A stretch of DNA of 64,000 nt from Treponemataceae bacterium (GTDB lineage Bacteria; Spirochaetota; Spirochaetia; Treponematales; Treponemataceae): the NCBI GenBank assembly GCA_045599185.1, contig JAZRVO010000021.1, positions 11,282-75,281 on the forward strand, written 5' to 3'. Made by a program: the position numbers and the translations under genes. Of the stretch, positions 43,862-56,714 are shown piece by piece (positions within the stretch are counted from its first letter, which is position 1; every line of letters starts with the position of its first letter). Under the pieces are notes generated by a model that did not search any database, was not told the DNA's origin, and saw only the letters and a list, made by a program, of their open reading frames with translations.

Positions 43862-44809
43862 ATGAATACACAATCCGAAGTCAAACTATCACAGGCATAC
43901 AAAAATCTCAAAGAAGGCAAATTTGAAGATGCCTGGAAGATTTTACAGGATGCCTGGTCTTTTGATTTAGACAATAAAGAAATTCAGGCAGCCATTAAAT
44001 GCATTAATTTCTGGAAAGACCGTCTGGTAAAAGCGGAACAGTATCAGGATCCATACGAAAAAGGCGAAAGTCTGCTTTCCCAGTGGAAGGCATTTACACG
44101 CTTTATGGACAAGGACGGGCAGTATTTTGAACGCAGCATGTACGCAGTTCGTCAAGGAATTTTTTCCCTTGCGCTGAAATATTACAATGAAACGCTTTCT
44201 TCAAAAGCCGCCCAGCAGCGTAATGTTCAGATTGGACCCGATTTGTACCGGAAAGCCGGTTTGTGTTACAAAAAACTTGGTGATTACGAAAATGCACTAA
44301 AATTCCTTGAATCGGCGTGTCAGCTTTGCCCGAATTCTGCAACAATTTTTGCCGAAATGGCAGATTGCTATGCACTTTGCGGCAACGAACGGACTGCCAA
44401 GGTTTTTTTTAGGGAAGCATTTTTTGTTGATGCCCAGAGCGTAGATTTATCATTGCTTGATTCTGAACTCATCTGTTATTTGGTTAAACAGACAGCGGAA
44501 AACGGTTTCACCGGACCGCTGCTACAAGAATGGATTCCCGTATACGGTGTATTATTCGGCGTGTTTAACGTAAAACGTGAGCTTGGAGCGATAGAAATCG
44601 GTAAACTTAAACAAAAAATTTACAGTTTGGAAGTTTCTATCCGGCAGCGCGGAAATGATGCGCAGGTTTTAATGCCGCAGCTGATAAATCACTACTTTTG
44701 GCTGATTGACCATTACATCACCGTTGGCGAAGATCGGGCACGCATTAACGAGATTCTGCTTAAACTGAAAGTGCTGAACCCCAGCATTTACGAAAAATAC
44801 ACAATGTAA
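43862..44809 (+). CDS. TPR-repeat protein
   Basis: 315-aa helical ORF with TPR-like units (YRKAGLCYKKLGDYENALKFLESACQLCPN, FAEMADCYALCGNERTAKVFF). Confidence 0.7.
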   Translation: MNTQSEVKLSQAYKNLKEGKFEDAWKILQDAWSFDLDNKEIQAAIKCINFWKDRLVKAEQYQDPYEKGESLLSQWKAFTRFMDKDGQYFERSMYAVRQGIFSLALKYYNETLSSKAAQQRNVQIGPDLYRKAGLCYKKLGDYENALKFLESACQLCPNSATIFAEMADCYALCGNERTAKVFFREAFFVDAQSVDLSLLDSELICYLVKQTAENGFTGPLLQEWIPVYGVLFGVFNVKRELGAIEIGKLKQKIYSLEVSIRQRGNDAQVLMPQLINHYFWLIDHYITVGEDRARINEILLKLKVLNPSIYEKYTM

Positions 44810-44867
44810 ACGGTGCATTTTGCACCGTGCAGCACAAAGCTGCAATTTCGCTTAGGAGTGAAAAAAT

Positions 44868-47591
44868 ATGTCTCAAGAGCTGTTAAAATCGGTTCAGGAT
44901 AAACTGAATGAGGAACAATGGACCAGAGCTGCAATCAGTGCGTATTCTATTAACGAATTCAAGGCGCTTCTGAATATTGTTAAAGAAGCACAGAGCAAAG
45001 GTTGCCTTGACGAACTGAAAACCATCTGTGACGACCATCTTTCTCATACAAAGAACAGTATCATTGCCCTTTTTATTTCGGGAATGATTTCCTTAAGAAA
45101 GAAAAACTTAGACGATTCTGCGCTGATTGACCTTGTAAATATTTTCATCGACAACAAGAAGATGCCTATTGTTGAACACATCTGTACTACAATTCTTGAC
45201 GAAGATGAAAACAACAAATTTGCATTGCGCACTCTTGCCAGCACTTACAAAGACGAAGGCAACGAAAAATACTGGGACTGCTACGTAAAAATCGTAAAAG
45301 TTGACCATAACGAAGCCGAACTTGCAAGAACCCTTGCTGAAAAATATGAAAAAGACGGAGACAATGATTTAGCCGTAGAATATTACAAAAAGGCACTTCT
45401 CCGCTACATCAATCAGGAACAGACAGCAAAGCAGATTACGGACACATGGGCTGCCCTTGTTAAGCTCATTCCGGAAGAAATTGACTTCTTCTATATGATT
45501 ATCCGCAAAATTTCAAAGCGGCCGGAAGAAGTTACGTTGCAGACCGTTAAGCCGGAAAACCTTCTGCACGAACTTTACAACTATTACCACGACGTAAAGA
45601 ATTACGACAAGGCAATTGAAATCCTCAAACGCATTCTTGAATATGATCCAAGCGACAACTGGGCAAGAAAAGAAATTGTTGAATGTTTCCGCGCAAAATA
45701 CGAAAAACATACACAGCTTGAAGACTACATTAAGCAGACCAGTCTTGAAAGAAGCTACCGCAACGTTTTTGAAGCAATCAACGACTTTGAAAAACGCATT
45801 GCATTCGACGTTAAGAACTTCGTTTTCCACCGTTCCTGGGGTGTTGGCATTATCCGCAAGGTAGACAAGCAGGAAATTGTAGTAAACTTCGGAAAAACCT
45901 ACGGCATTAAAACCATGACCCACGACATGGCCGTAAAAGCATTGCAGCCGCTTGACAGAAACCACATCTGGGTTTTGAAGGCTACGATGAAACGCGAAGA
46001 CCTTGCAAAGAAAATTCAGGACGACATTGAAGAAGCACTGAAAATCATCATCCGCAGTTTCAACAACAACTGTAGCTTTAAGCGCATCAAGGAAGAACTG
46101 AACCCAAGCGTTCTGGTAAAACCTTCTGACTGGACAAGCTGGAGTACAAAAGCCAGAAAAATCCTTGCAGAAAACCCGATTTTCGGCGTAAATCAGGACG
46201 ATTCTTCAATGTACACCGTGCGCGACCACGAAATTACGGCAGAAGAAAAGCTTGCAAACGAATTTAAGGCACAGAAAAACTTCTTCTCTCGCATTGACAT
46301 CCTGATGAAGTTCAACAATTCTGAAGAAACAGACAAAGATTCTGAACATTTTACCGAAATGCTGAACTATTTTGTCGGTTACCTTAAATCTTTCAACAGC
46401 GTAAACGAACAGATTATTGCTTCGTACCTTGTTGTACGCAGAATTGGCGCAGAAAACCCGCAGCTTAGCCAGACAATGCAGTACACTTTTGCCGAGCTTT
46501 TCAACGAAATTGAAGACCCGCGCCAGATTTACGATGAACTGAAAGATACAAAGAACACCTGCCTTAAAAAAGACTATCTGACTTGCATCAAGGAACTTTT
46601 GCCGAACTGGGACGATGTATACGTTCGCCTGTTCCCGCGCGTATTGCAGAAAGAACTGCTTGATGCACTTGAAAACAACGGTCACGTTGACAAGCTGAAA
46701 AAACTTGCATTGAACTGTTTTGAAAATTTCCGCGATTACCGCGAAGCCGTAATTTTCTTCTTTGAAGAATCACAGGAAGAAGAATGGTTCAAGGAACTGA
46801 ATCTTTCGTATGAAAAACAGATGATTACGCTGATTCACATTCTTGACATTGCGTACCGCGAAATTGACAACCATTGTGACACGACAGAAAACCGCAAGAT
46901 TGACCGCAAGATTCAGAACCTGCTGTTTAAAAACGACACAATGCTTAACTACATGCTTGACCGTGACGAAGAAACCGTTACACGCCTTTTTGCTCTGGTT
47001 TATGACCTTAAAGGGTTTGACAGCAGCATCAAGCAGAACATGCTTAACAAGATTCGCGAAACTTACAAGGATTTCAAGGTATACGGCGAAGAAGAAAAAA
47101 CCGTTACAACAAAAGGCCTTATTGTTACGCTTAAAATGTTTGAAGCTAAAAAAGCAGAACTTGACAACCTTAAAAAAATCCTTATTCCTGACAACGCACG
47201 CGAAATTGCAGAAGCAATGGCACAGGGCGACTTGAAGGAAAACGCCGAATACAAGGCTGCAAAAGAACGCCAGACACAGCTTAGTACACAGTTGTCTAAG
47301 CTTGAAGACGGTATCGGCAAGGCAAAGGTTTTCGACCCGAAAACTTTGACAACTTCACGTGTTTCTTTTGGTACAATTGTTACGCTTAAGAATGAACTTG
47401 AAAACAAAGAAGAAAAATATACCATTTTGGGACCATGGGAATCAGACCCTTCAAATGGAATTATTTCTTACTCTTCTCCACTTGGCGGAAAAATCCTCGA
47501 TTCAAAGCTTGGCGAAACCAGAGAATTTGTGCTTAGCGAAGAAAGCAAAAAATACACAATTCTTTCAATTGAACCGGCAAAACTGGCATAA
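44868..47591 (+). CDS. greA: long spirochaete-type transcription elongation factor GreA (~750-aa N-terminal extension)
   Basis: 907-aa ORF. The last ~160 aa are GreA-like (GDLKENAEYKAAKERQTQLSTQLSKLEDGIGKAKV..., VSFGTIVTLKNE, YTILGPWESDP, ISYSSPLGGKILDSKLGE). Confidence 0.85.
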   Translation: MSQELLKSVQDKLNEEQWTRAAISAYSINEFKALLNIVKEAQSKGCLDELKTICDDHLSHTKNSIIALFISGMISLRKKNLDDSALIDLVNIFIDNKKMPIVEHICTTILDEDENNKFALRTLASTYKDEGNEKYWDCYVKIVKVDHNEAELARTLAEKYEKDGDNDLAVEYYKKALLRYINQEQTAKQITDTWAALVKLIPEEIDFFYMIIRKISKRPEEVTLQTVKPENLLHELYNYYHDVKNYDKAIEILKRILEYDPSDNWARKEIVECFRAKYEKHTQLEDYIKQTSLERSYRNVFEAINDFEKRIAFDVKNFVFHRSWGVGIIRKVDKQEIVVNFGKTYGIKTMTHDMAVKALQPLDRNHIWVLKATMKREDLAKKIQDDIEEALKIIIRSFNNNCSFKRIKEELNPSVLVKPSDWTSWSTKARKILAENPIFGVNQDDSSMYTVRDHEITAEEKLANEFKAQKNFFSRIDILMKFNNSEETDKDSEHFTEMLNYFVGYLKSFNSVNEQIIASYLVVRRIGAENPQLSQTMQYTFAELFNEIEDPRQIYDELKDTKNTCLKKDYLTCIKELLPNWDDVYVRLFPRVLQKELLDALENNGHVDKLKKLALNCFENFRDYREAVIFFFEESQEEEWFKELNLSYEKQMITLIHILDIAYREIDNHCDTTENRKIDRKIQNLLFKNDTMLNYMLDRDEETVTRLFALVYDLKGFDSSIKQNMLNKIRETYKDFKVYGEEEKTVTTKGLIVTLKMFEAKKAELDNLKKILIPDNAREIAEAMAQGDLKENAEYKAAKERQTQLSTQLSKLEDGIGKAKVFDPKTLTTSRVSFGTIVTLKNELENKEEKYTILGPWESDPSNGIISYSSPLGGKILDSKLGETREFVLSEESKKYTILSIEPAKLA

Positions 47592-47614
47592 GTTGAAAAC
47601 TTGCGTATAAGCCC

Positions 47615-47647
47615 AAAAACCGCTGAATTAATTCTGCGGTTTTTTTA
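47615..47647 (+). terminator. rho-independent terminator after greA
   Basis: AAAAACCGC...GCGGTTTTT stem followed by a T-run. Confidence 0.85.
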
Positions 47648-47704
47648 TGCCTTCTGCCGTTATTACGTTTAGCGTTTTAACAGGCTGAAAAAATAATAAC
47701 CCGA

Positions 47705-47786
47705 ACCCGAATGTCGAGTAAAAAAAATTACAAAAAAAAGCAACCTACATTTTTCAGGCAAATAATTAAAACTCGAAGTTTGGGCT
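47705..47786 (+). repeat. ~80-nt hairpin (MITE/REP-like) element, copy 2
   Basis: It aligns along its whole length with 15158-15232 (CCCGAATGTyGAGT...AGCAACCT...GGCAAATAwTTAAAACTCrAAGTTTGGGCT). Confidence 0.8.
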
Positions 47787-47911
47787 ATTTAAAATTTACA
47801 GTGAATCATAAATAAAAAAAGCTGAAAACCATAAGTCTTCAGCTTTTAAAATTCAAATTGCGTTATAAAAAATACTAACTGTCTAAAAAATTAGGCGCAA
47901 ACCAGAACCGT

Positions 47912-50466
<2,555 letters not shown>

Positions 50467-50498
50467 CTATAAAAATGGAAAAATCTGTTTCCTTTCAA

Positions 50499-51563
50499 TT
50501 ATGTGCGGGCATAGCGCAAAAGAACGCAGCTTAGTGCCAGATAAACAAATACCGGCAGCCAAGCCCCGGCCAATGGCGAAATATATTCAAACTGCGCCAA
50601 AAGCATGGTAAGCATTTGCAAAACGTAATAACTTACCGCCGCAGAAATGCAAAGCAGCAGGCTTACCAGAAGTACGTTCTTCTGGGTTTTGCCGCTTAAA
50701 CCAAGTGACAAAAATACAACAATAAAAACGATAAAAGGAAACGAAAATTTCTGATAATAAACGGAAAGAGCCTCTGCATAAGGCAATCCGGCGCGCTCAA
50801 GATAGGCAATCTGTTTTTTTGCTTCCGCAGCACAAACCTGATCCGCCTTAAGCTGAATAAAAGCAAAGGCATCTTCCGGCTGGTCAAAACTATAATCCCA
50901 AAGTCCGTCTTCCAGTTCAAGAACGCTGCCATTAACCCTGTAACACACAAAATCTTCAAGGCTCCATTTGCCGCCGTTGTAAACCGCGCGCTGTGCCCTT
51001 ACAATTGAATCAAGTTCCCAGTTCCGGTTGCGCCGCACAATAAGCAGATTGTACAAAGTTTTTACCGTGTCATCGTAGTAGTTGGCCTTGTAAACGGTTT
51101 TTCCGCCATCTGCAATTACAACAGGATTTGTATTGTCCCTGTTTATGGAAATTTTCAGCACTTTGTTTTGCAGTTCAACTTTCTGCTGGTAGGTTGGCAC
51201 GACAATTTTATCTTCAAAAAAGAAAAGCCCAATGCTTAAAACGGCAGCAATTGCCAAAACCGGCAGGGCAAAATTGAAAAGCGAAACGCCGGAAGCAAAA
51301 ATTGCAGTAAGTTCATTTTTGGCATAGAGGTCGCTTAAAACAAAGGCAACGGCAAACAGCACCGCAAGCGGCATTGAAAAAGAAACGGTTTTAGGAAGGT
51401 ATAAAACGAAGATTTTGAAAATATCCAAAATCTCTACATTTTCAGCTAAATAACGCCATAAATTCAAAAAAAGGTCTATTAAGCCAAGCACAAAAGAAAA
51501 AAACAGCAGGGCAACCAGACTGACAAACAAAAATTTCTTGCAAAAATAAGTAACAAAGGTCAT
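50499..51563 (-). CDS. LptF/LptG (YjgP/YjgQ) family permease
   Basis: The start is placed at MTFVTYFCKK, whose ATG overlaps the upstream stop (ATGA). The layout is 3 TM, a ~140-aa extracytoplasmic domain, then 3 TM. Confidence 0.8.
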   Translation of the reverse strand: MTFVTYFCKKFLFVSLVALLFFSFVLGLIDLFLNLWRYLAENVEILDIFKIFVLYLPKTVSFSMPLAVLFAVAFVLSDLYAKNELTAIFASGVSLFNFALPVLAIAAVLSIGLFFFEDKIVVPTYQQKVELQNKVLKISINRDNTNPVVIADGGKTVYKANYYDDTVKTLYNLLIVRRNRNWELDSIVRAQRAVYNGGKWSLEDFVCYRVNGSVLELEDGLWDYSFDQPEDAFAFIQLKADQVCAAEAKKQIAYLERAGLPYAEALSVYYQKFSFPFIVFIVVFLSLGLSGKTQKNVLLVSLLLCISAAVSYYVLQMLTMLLAQFEYISPLAGAWLPVFVYLALSCVLLRYART

Positions 51564-52672
51564 GTCCGGCGCATCCTTGCATATAAAAACAAACCTAATG
51601 CGGCCAAAACAAAATTCGGCAGCCACATGCCCCAAAAGGCGCTGAAACCGTTGCGCTGCCCCAAAACCTGCCCTACACTTTGCAGCGACCAGTAAGCCAC
51701 ACAGATTACAACGCCTACAATAAAACCAACCGTCTGTCCGTTGTGCCTGCCAAAAATTACAGCCAGCGGAAAGGCCAGAAAAGCAAAAAATATTGAAGAA
51801 AACGGCAAGGCAAATTTGCGCATGTATTCAACTTCAAAAATATTTATGTACTGCTTTGACTGCGTCGGGTCATTTTTCAGTTCTTTAATGTAGTTTCCCA
51901 AATCGTAACTGGTCATTTCCTGCGGATTAAGGTTGTTGAAACGGTTTCCGAAGAAATTATTTGAAAAAATATTCAGAATCGTAGATTCACTTGAAATAAA
52001 GTCCATTGAATTAAAATTTTCACTTTGAGGAATGAAAATTTTTGCATTTTTCATATTTATTTGCATTAAAACCTGAGCATTGGTTGCCTGCGCAACTTTT
52101 GCATCGTTGCAGACAATTACGCGCTGGTTGCCTTTCGTGTCATGGTCAAAATAAATCAAATCGCTAATCTGGTTATTTTCAATATTGCCGGTTACCAAAA
52201 TTGAATCCTGAGTGCGCTTGATTGAATTCGGTTCAAGTTCAACGGCCGGGTTAGAAATAAGAATTTCGCGGTAAAGCTTGTTGTACGCCAAAGCACCGCG
52301 GGGAAATAAAAAATCGTTTACGGCAAAAGAAAAAACAGAAATGAATGCGCCGACAACCAGAACCGGCACCAGAAGCCTTAAAAAACTTATTCCAAGTGCG
52401 CGCAGAACCAGCATTTCGTTATCGGTAACCATGCGGGCAATGCACATTAAAAAACCTACAAGGGTTGCAAAGGGCGCCGCCTGTGAAATTACGAAAGGAA
52501 GACAGTAAAGCATTAAAAGCAGAACCGTTCCGACAGGCACCCGCTGTTTCAACACGTCCTGAATCATTAAAAGTATTTGATTTACAAAAAAAATCATGAA
52601 GAAAAACAGAAAAGAGACAAAATAATAGAGTATCAGTTCTTTTACAAAATAGCGGGTTAAAAGTTTGGGCAT
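51560..52672 (-). CDS. LptF/LptG (YjgP/YjgQ) family permease
   Basis: 370-aa ORF with the same 3 TM-loop-3 TM layout, an N-terminal LLTRYFVKELILYYF, and a paralogue immediately downstream. Confidence 0.8.
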   Translation of the reverse strand: MPKLLTRYFVKELILYYFVSFLFFFMIFFVNQILLMIQDVLKQRVPVGTVLLLMLYCLPFVISQAAPFATLVGFLMCIARMVTDNEMLVLRALGISFLRLLVPVLVVGAFISVFSFAVNDFLFPRGALAYNKLYREILISNPAVELEPNSIKRTQDSILVTGNIENNQISDLIYFDHDTKGNQRVIVCNDAKVAQATNAQVLMQINMKNAKIFIPQSENFNSMDFISSESTILNIFSNNFFGNRFNNLNPQEMTSYDLGNYIKELKNDPTQSKQYINIFEVEYMRKFALPFSSIFFAFLAFPLAVIFGRHNGQTVGFIVGVVICVAYWSLQSVGQVLGQRNGFSAFWGMWLPNFVLAALGLFLYARMRRT

Positions 52673-52675
52673 TTT

Positions 52676-53131
52676 TTATTTTCCGGTAGAACCAAAACCG
52701 CCCTGGGCGCGTTCCGTGCTTGACAATTCAGAAACAATTTTATATTCAGCCTGAATTACCGGCGCAACTACCATTTGAGCAATCCGGTCACCGTTTTTAA
52801 TTTCAAAATCTTCGCTGCCAAGGTTTATTAAAATGGTTTTCAGTTCACCGCGGTAATCGCTGTCTACAGTGCCGGGACTGTTCAGGCACGTAATGCCGTT
52901 TTTCAGCGCCAGGCCCGAACGCGGCCGCACCTGAACTTCAAAACCTTCGGGAATTTCGATGAAAATGCCGGTTGGAACTGCCATTCGTTCCATTGGTTTT
53001 AAAATTACCGGTTCGTCTAAAAAAGCGTGCAAATCGGCACCGGCAGCACCGGCGGTTTGGTACTGGGGTAATTTTGCGCCGGGCTTGCACACGCATTTAA
53101 TCTGAATATTTGTCAAGTTTTTTCCAGTCAA
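52676..53131 (-). CDS. dut: dUTP diphosphatase
   Basis: [31 protein letters not shown] and GGFGSTG. I placed the start at a TTG 5 nt after GGAGG ([12 protein letters not shown]), because the upstream ORF-track extension lies inside the M16 peptidase gene. Confidence 0.92.
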   Translation of the reverse strand: MTGKNLTNIQIKCVCKPGAKLPQYQTAGAAGADLHAFLDEPVILKPMERMAVPTGIFIEIPEGFEVQVRPRSGLALKNGITCLNSPGTVDSDYRGELKTILINLGSEDFEIKNGDRIAQMVVAPVIQAEYKIVSELSSTERAQGGFGSTGK

Positions 53132-54344
53132 AGCGACCTCCGTAAATAATCCGCGCCTGATTGGAAAAATCAAGCATTTTTGATAAATCTTCATTTAATT
53201 CTTTTGCCTGCAAAGAATTAATTTGTTCACAATATTCTTCAAAAGTACACAAATCAAAATTCATAAAATAAAGCCGCGCCAGTCGTTTCATCCGCGACTC
53301 CACGTCTTCCGAAGAAATAATTTCCTCGCCGCAAATATGTTCCTTTGCGGCATCAATTTCTTCCTGCGTAACACCGTTATCTTTCAAATTCCGCAGTTCG
53401 GCATTCAGTTCTTTTGCGGCTATTCTGGTATTTTTTTTGGCAACAGAAGTATAAGCGCACCAGAACGCCGTATCTTCAAAAACGGTAAAGAAACTGTAAA
53501 CCGTGTAGCAGAAACCGTTCTGTTCGCGAAGCCGCTGAAAAAGCCGGCTGGACATTGTATCGCCGACAATTGCATTTAAAACTGCCAGTTTCTGGTAAGA
53601 GGCCGGATTAAGTTTTGGCAGCGGAAAGGCTGTAAAAACCTGATTCTGCAAAAAAGGTGCTTTTATGCAGAAACTGCCCTTCTGCCATTTTAAGTTTTCT
53701 AGTGTATGATTATTTTTTTGCCGCACGGGCATTTTCTGTAAAATTTCAGCCGCTTTATTCACTTCAAACAAGCCGCTTATAGAAACAACAAGTTCGCCGT
53801 TTGCAAAAAAACGCTGATACCATTCAAAAATAGTTTCACGTTTTATTGCGTGCACCTGTTCAACAGTGCCGGCAATCGGCTGGCTTAAACGCTGGTCTGG
53901 CCACAAAACGGCATACAATTCATCAAAAGCTGCTTCTTCCGGGTCATCTTTGGAAGTTATTATTTCACTTTCAATTACCTTGCGTTCACGTTCCAAATCT
54001 TCGTTTAAAAAAGTTGAATCCGTAACCATTGAACACAAAATATTCAGAACATATTCAAAATGCTTCGCCGGCACTGTTGCGTGCAGGCAGGTTACGTCAC
54101 GTTCCGTAAAGGCATTGATATAGCCGCCAATCCGGTCAAAACTGCATGCTATGTCGTAAGCATTTCTGTCGCTTGTTCCCTTAAAAAGCATATGCTCTAC
54201 AAAATGGCTTACGCCGCTGGTTTTATCGTCTTCAAAACGTGAACCGACATTAAACCAAAAACCGATTGCAACGGTTTTTACAGTTGCAATCGGTTCTGAA
54301 ATGAGAACAAGCTGATTATTCAAAATTTCTTTTTGAATAGCCAT
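53097..54344 (-). CDS. M16 (pitrilysin) family zinc peptidase
   Basis: 415-aa ORF with an HxxEH zinc motif ([14 protein letters not shown]) and a downstream Glu (NAFTERD). Confidence 0.85.
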   Translation of the reverse strand: MAIQKEILNNQLVLISEPIATVKTVAIGFWFNVGSRFEDDKTSGVSHFVEHMLFKGTSDRNAYDIACSFDRIGGYINAFTERDVTCLHATVPAKHFEYVLNILCSMVTDSTFLNEDLERERKVIESEIITSKDDPEEAAFDELYAVLWPDQRLSQPIAGTVEQVHAIKRETIFEWYQRFFANGELVVSISGLFEVNKAAEILQKMPVRQKNNHTLENLKWQKGSFCIKAPFLQNQVFTAFPLPKLNPASYQKLAVLNAIVGDTMSSRLFQRLREQNGFCYTVYSFFTVFEDTAFWCAYTSVAKKNTRIAAKELNAELRNLKDNGVTQEEIDAAKEHICGEEIISSEDVESRMKRLARLYFMNFDLCTFEEYCEQINSLQAKELNEDLSKMLDFSNQARIIYGGRFDWKKLDKYSD

Positions 54345-54351
54345 CTTTTAT

Positions 54352-56448
54352 TTATTTTTTCTGAGCCTCAATAGCATCAATGTAAGAAAGGTTCAGTCTT
54401 CCCATTTTGTCAATTTCAAGCAATTTTACAGGAATCTTGTCGCCTTCTTTTACAACGTCAGAAACTTTTGCAATTTTCTGGCGGCTGAATTTAGAAATAT
54501 GACACAAACCTTCTTTACCAGGAAGAATTTCAACGAATGCGCCGAAATCCATAATGCGTTTTACAGTTCCCTGATAGATTGTTCCAACTTCCGGATCTTC
54601 AACAATACCTTTAATTGTTGCTTTTGCACCATCGGTAGAAGCAGAGTTTTTACCGTAAATTGTTACTGTTCCGTCGTCTTCTGTGTTGATTGTAACGCCA
54701 AACTGTGCAGAAATTGCCTTTACAGTTTTTCCGCCAGGTCCAATCAAAGCACCAATTTTGTCAATTGCAATTTTCATTGTATCAATTTTTGGCGCGTTCT
54801 GGTTAAGCGGCTGCGGTTTGTCAATGCATTTTTCCATAATTGAAAGAATATGCAGACGGCCGGCTTTTGCCTGTGCAAGTGCTTTCTGCATGATTTCAGT
54901 TGTAACACCGGCAATCTTAATATCCATCTGGAAACCGGTAATACCGTCTTTTGTACCGGCTACTTTAAAGTCCATATCACCAAGGTGGTCTTCTTCGCCT
55001 AAAATATCCGAAAGGATTTCGTATTTGGTGTAGTTTTCATCACTGGTAATCAATCCCATTGCAATACCGGCAACCATTTTTTTCATTGGTACGCCGGCTG
55101 CCAAAAGTGAAAGACAACCGCCACAGGTAGAAGCCTGTGAAGAAGAACCGTTCGATTCGTAAATTTCAGAAACAACACGAATTGTGTACGGGAATTCCTG
55201 CATAGAAGGAATCATTGGTGCAAGGGAACGGCGTGCAAGGTTACCGTGACCAATTTCGCGGCGGCCAGTTGCAAGGCGGCCTACTTCGCCAACAGAATAT
55301 GGAGGGAAGTTGTAGTGCAAAATAAAGTTTTCACTTCTTTCGCCGTCAATATCGTCATAAACCTGTGCATCCATTGCCGTGCCCAATGTTGTTACAGCCA
55401 GAGACTGGGTTTCGCCACGGGTAAACAGTGCAGAACCATGCGGACGAGGCAAAACGTTTACTTCGCAGGTAATAGGACGGATTTCATCACATTTACGGCC
55501 GTCAATACGAATTCCTTTTTCAAGAATGCTGTTGCGGAGCAAATTGTACTGAATGTCGTCGATGCATGCATCAAAAAGTTTTTTCTGTGTTTCATCAGCA
55601 AGCTGTTCTGCATAGGCAGCAGCAACTTCTTTTTTTGCAGCACTGATTGCATTGCCGCGGTTCATTTTTCCATCCTGGAAACATGCTTTTTCAAGTAATG
55701 GTGTTGCCATTGCAACGATTGCATCTTTGTTCTGCAATTCTACATTTAAAGGTGCAAGCGGCAATTTTTCTTTACCGGCAAGTTTCTGCAATTCTTCCTG
55801 AAGTTCACACATTGCTGTAATAAAACCCTGTGCCTTATCCAAAGCACCAAGCATTACTTCTTCAGAAACTTCGTTTGCACCGCCTTCTACCATTGTAAAG
55901 CCGTCTTTTGTACCGGCAACAACAATTTCAAGATCAGCTTTTTCCTGCTGTTCAAATGTAGGGTTAATAACGTATTCACCGTTGATGTAAGCAACACGTG
56001 CTGCAGCAACAGGACCATTGAAAGGAATGTCTGAAATTGTAACGGCTGCAGAAGAAGCAACTACAGCAAGAATATCGGCCGGGTTAATTCCGTCAGCAGA
56101 AACACAGGTAGGAACAATCTGAATTTCGCGGCCGAAAGAAACTTCAAAAAGCGGACGCATAGGACGGTCAATCAGGCGAGAAACCAGAATTTCTTTATCC
56201 TTCGGACGACCTTCGCGTTTTACGAAACCGCCAGGAATTTTACCGGCAGCATAATATTTTTCATTGTAATCAACTGTAACAGGAACAAAATCCAAACCTT
56301 CTTTTGCTTCTGAAGAAGCACAAACGGTTGCAATTACAGCAGTTCCGGCAAACTGAGCATAAACACAACCATTGGCCTGTTTACCAATTTTGCCAGTTTC
56401 AAGAATCAATTCCTGATCACCAATTTTGTAACTAACTCTCTGTACCAT
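54352..56448 (-). CDS. pnp: polyribonucleotide nucleotidyltransferase (PNPase)
   Basis: 698-aa ORF with two RNase PH domains, a KH domain (IGALIGPGGKTVKAI) and an S1 domain (GTVKRIMDFGAFVEILPGKEGLCHIS). Confidence 0.98.
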   Translation of the reverse strand: MVQRVSYKIGDQELILETGKIGKQANGCVYAQFAGTAVIATVCASSEAKEGLDFVPVTVDYNEKYYAAGKIPGGFVKREGRPKDKEILVSRLIDRPMRPLFEVSFGREIQIVPTCVSADGINPADILAVVASSAAVTISDIPFNGPVAAARVAYINGEYVINPTFEQQEKADLEIVVAGTKDGFTMVEGGANEVSEEVMLGALDKAQGFITAMCELQEELQKLAGKEKLPLAPLNVELQNKDAIVAMATPLLEKACFQDGKMNRGNAISAAKKEVAAAYAEQLADETQKKLFDACIDDIQYNLLRNSILEKGIRIDGRKCDEIRPITCEVNVLPRPHGSALFTRGETQSLAVTTLGTAMDAQVYDDIDGERSENFILHYNFPPYSVGEVGRLATGRREIGHGNLARRSLAPMIPSMQEFPYTIRVVSEIYESNGSSSQASTCGGCLSLLAAGVPMKKMVAGIAMGLITSDENYTKYEILSDILGEEDHLGDMDFKVAGTKDGITGFQMDIKIAGVTTEIMQKALAQAKAGRLHILSIMEKCIDKPQPLNQNAPKIDTMKIAIDKIGALIGPGGKTVKAISAQFGVTINTEDDGTVTIYGKNSASTDGAKATIKGIVEDPEVGTIYQGTVKRIMDFGAFVEILPGKEGLCHISKFSRQKIAKVSDVVKEGDKIPVKLLEIDKMGRLNLSYIDAIEAQKK

Positions 56449-56526
56449 GAGAAAATCCTTTAAGCTAAAAAGCTTTTATCGTGGAAAAACCTAACAGTTT
56501 TCCATAAAAAAGATTTACTGCACCGT

Positions 56527-56579
56527 GACAGAATTCGTTAAAAAAAGCACGCAAGTTGTCTTTTTTAATAAATTCTGTC
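56527..56579 (-). promoter_or_regulatory. long interrupted hairpin in the rpsO-pnp leader
   Basis: GACAGAATT-CG-TTAAAAAAAG...CTTTTTTAA-TA-AATTCTGTC, about 18 paired positions, 79 nt upstream of the pnp start. Confidence 0.5.
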
Positions 56580-56670
56580 TATCTACAATGCAGTATCCAA
56601 CCTGCCGGTTTGAGTAAAACTTCACAAAGTTCATTTTGCACAAACCGGGTTTAAGGCATTAGGCACGCCT

Positions 56671-56714
56671 TAAAAAACAAAGCTTTTTCAAAAGGAAATT
56701 TTGAAAAAGCTTTG
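56671..56714 (-). terminator. rho-independent terminator/attenuator after rpsO
   Basis: Perfect 16-bp stem CAAAGCTTTTTCAAAA-GGAAA-TTTTGAAAAAGCTTTG, followed on the minus strand by TTTTTTA. It lies 13 nt after the rpsO stop. Confidence 0.85.

Noticed and set aside
43532-43974. Two minus-strand ORFs (60 and 72 aa) in the rpe/TPR divergent intergenic region
   Set aside because: They overlap the promoter region and the 5' end of the plus-strand TPR gene. They have no SD and a Phe/Leu/Cys-rich composition typical of AT-rich non-coding DNA.
53132-53194. N-terminal extensions offered by the ORF track for dut (also scpA 39050-39121, the LptG-like gene 51564-51635, the HEAT protein 49304-49324, the TPR protein 42847-42861 and dtd 31043-31054)
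   Set aside because: Each extension runs into the upstream gene. In each case a downstream start gives either an SD, a 4-nt ATGA coupling, or a proper signal peptide or conserved N-terminus.
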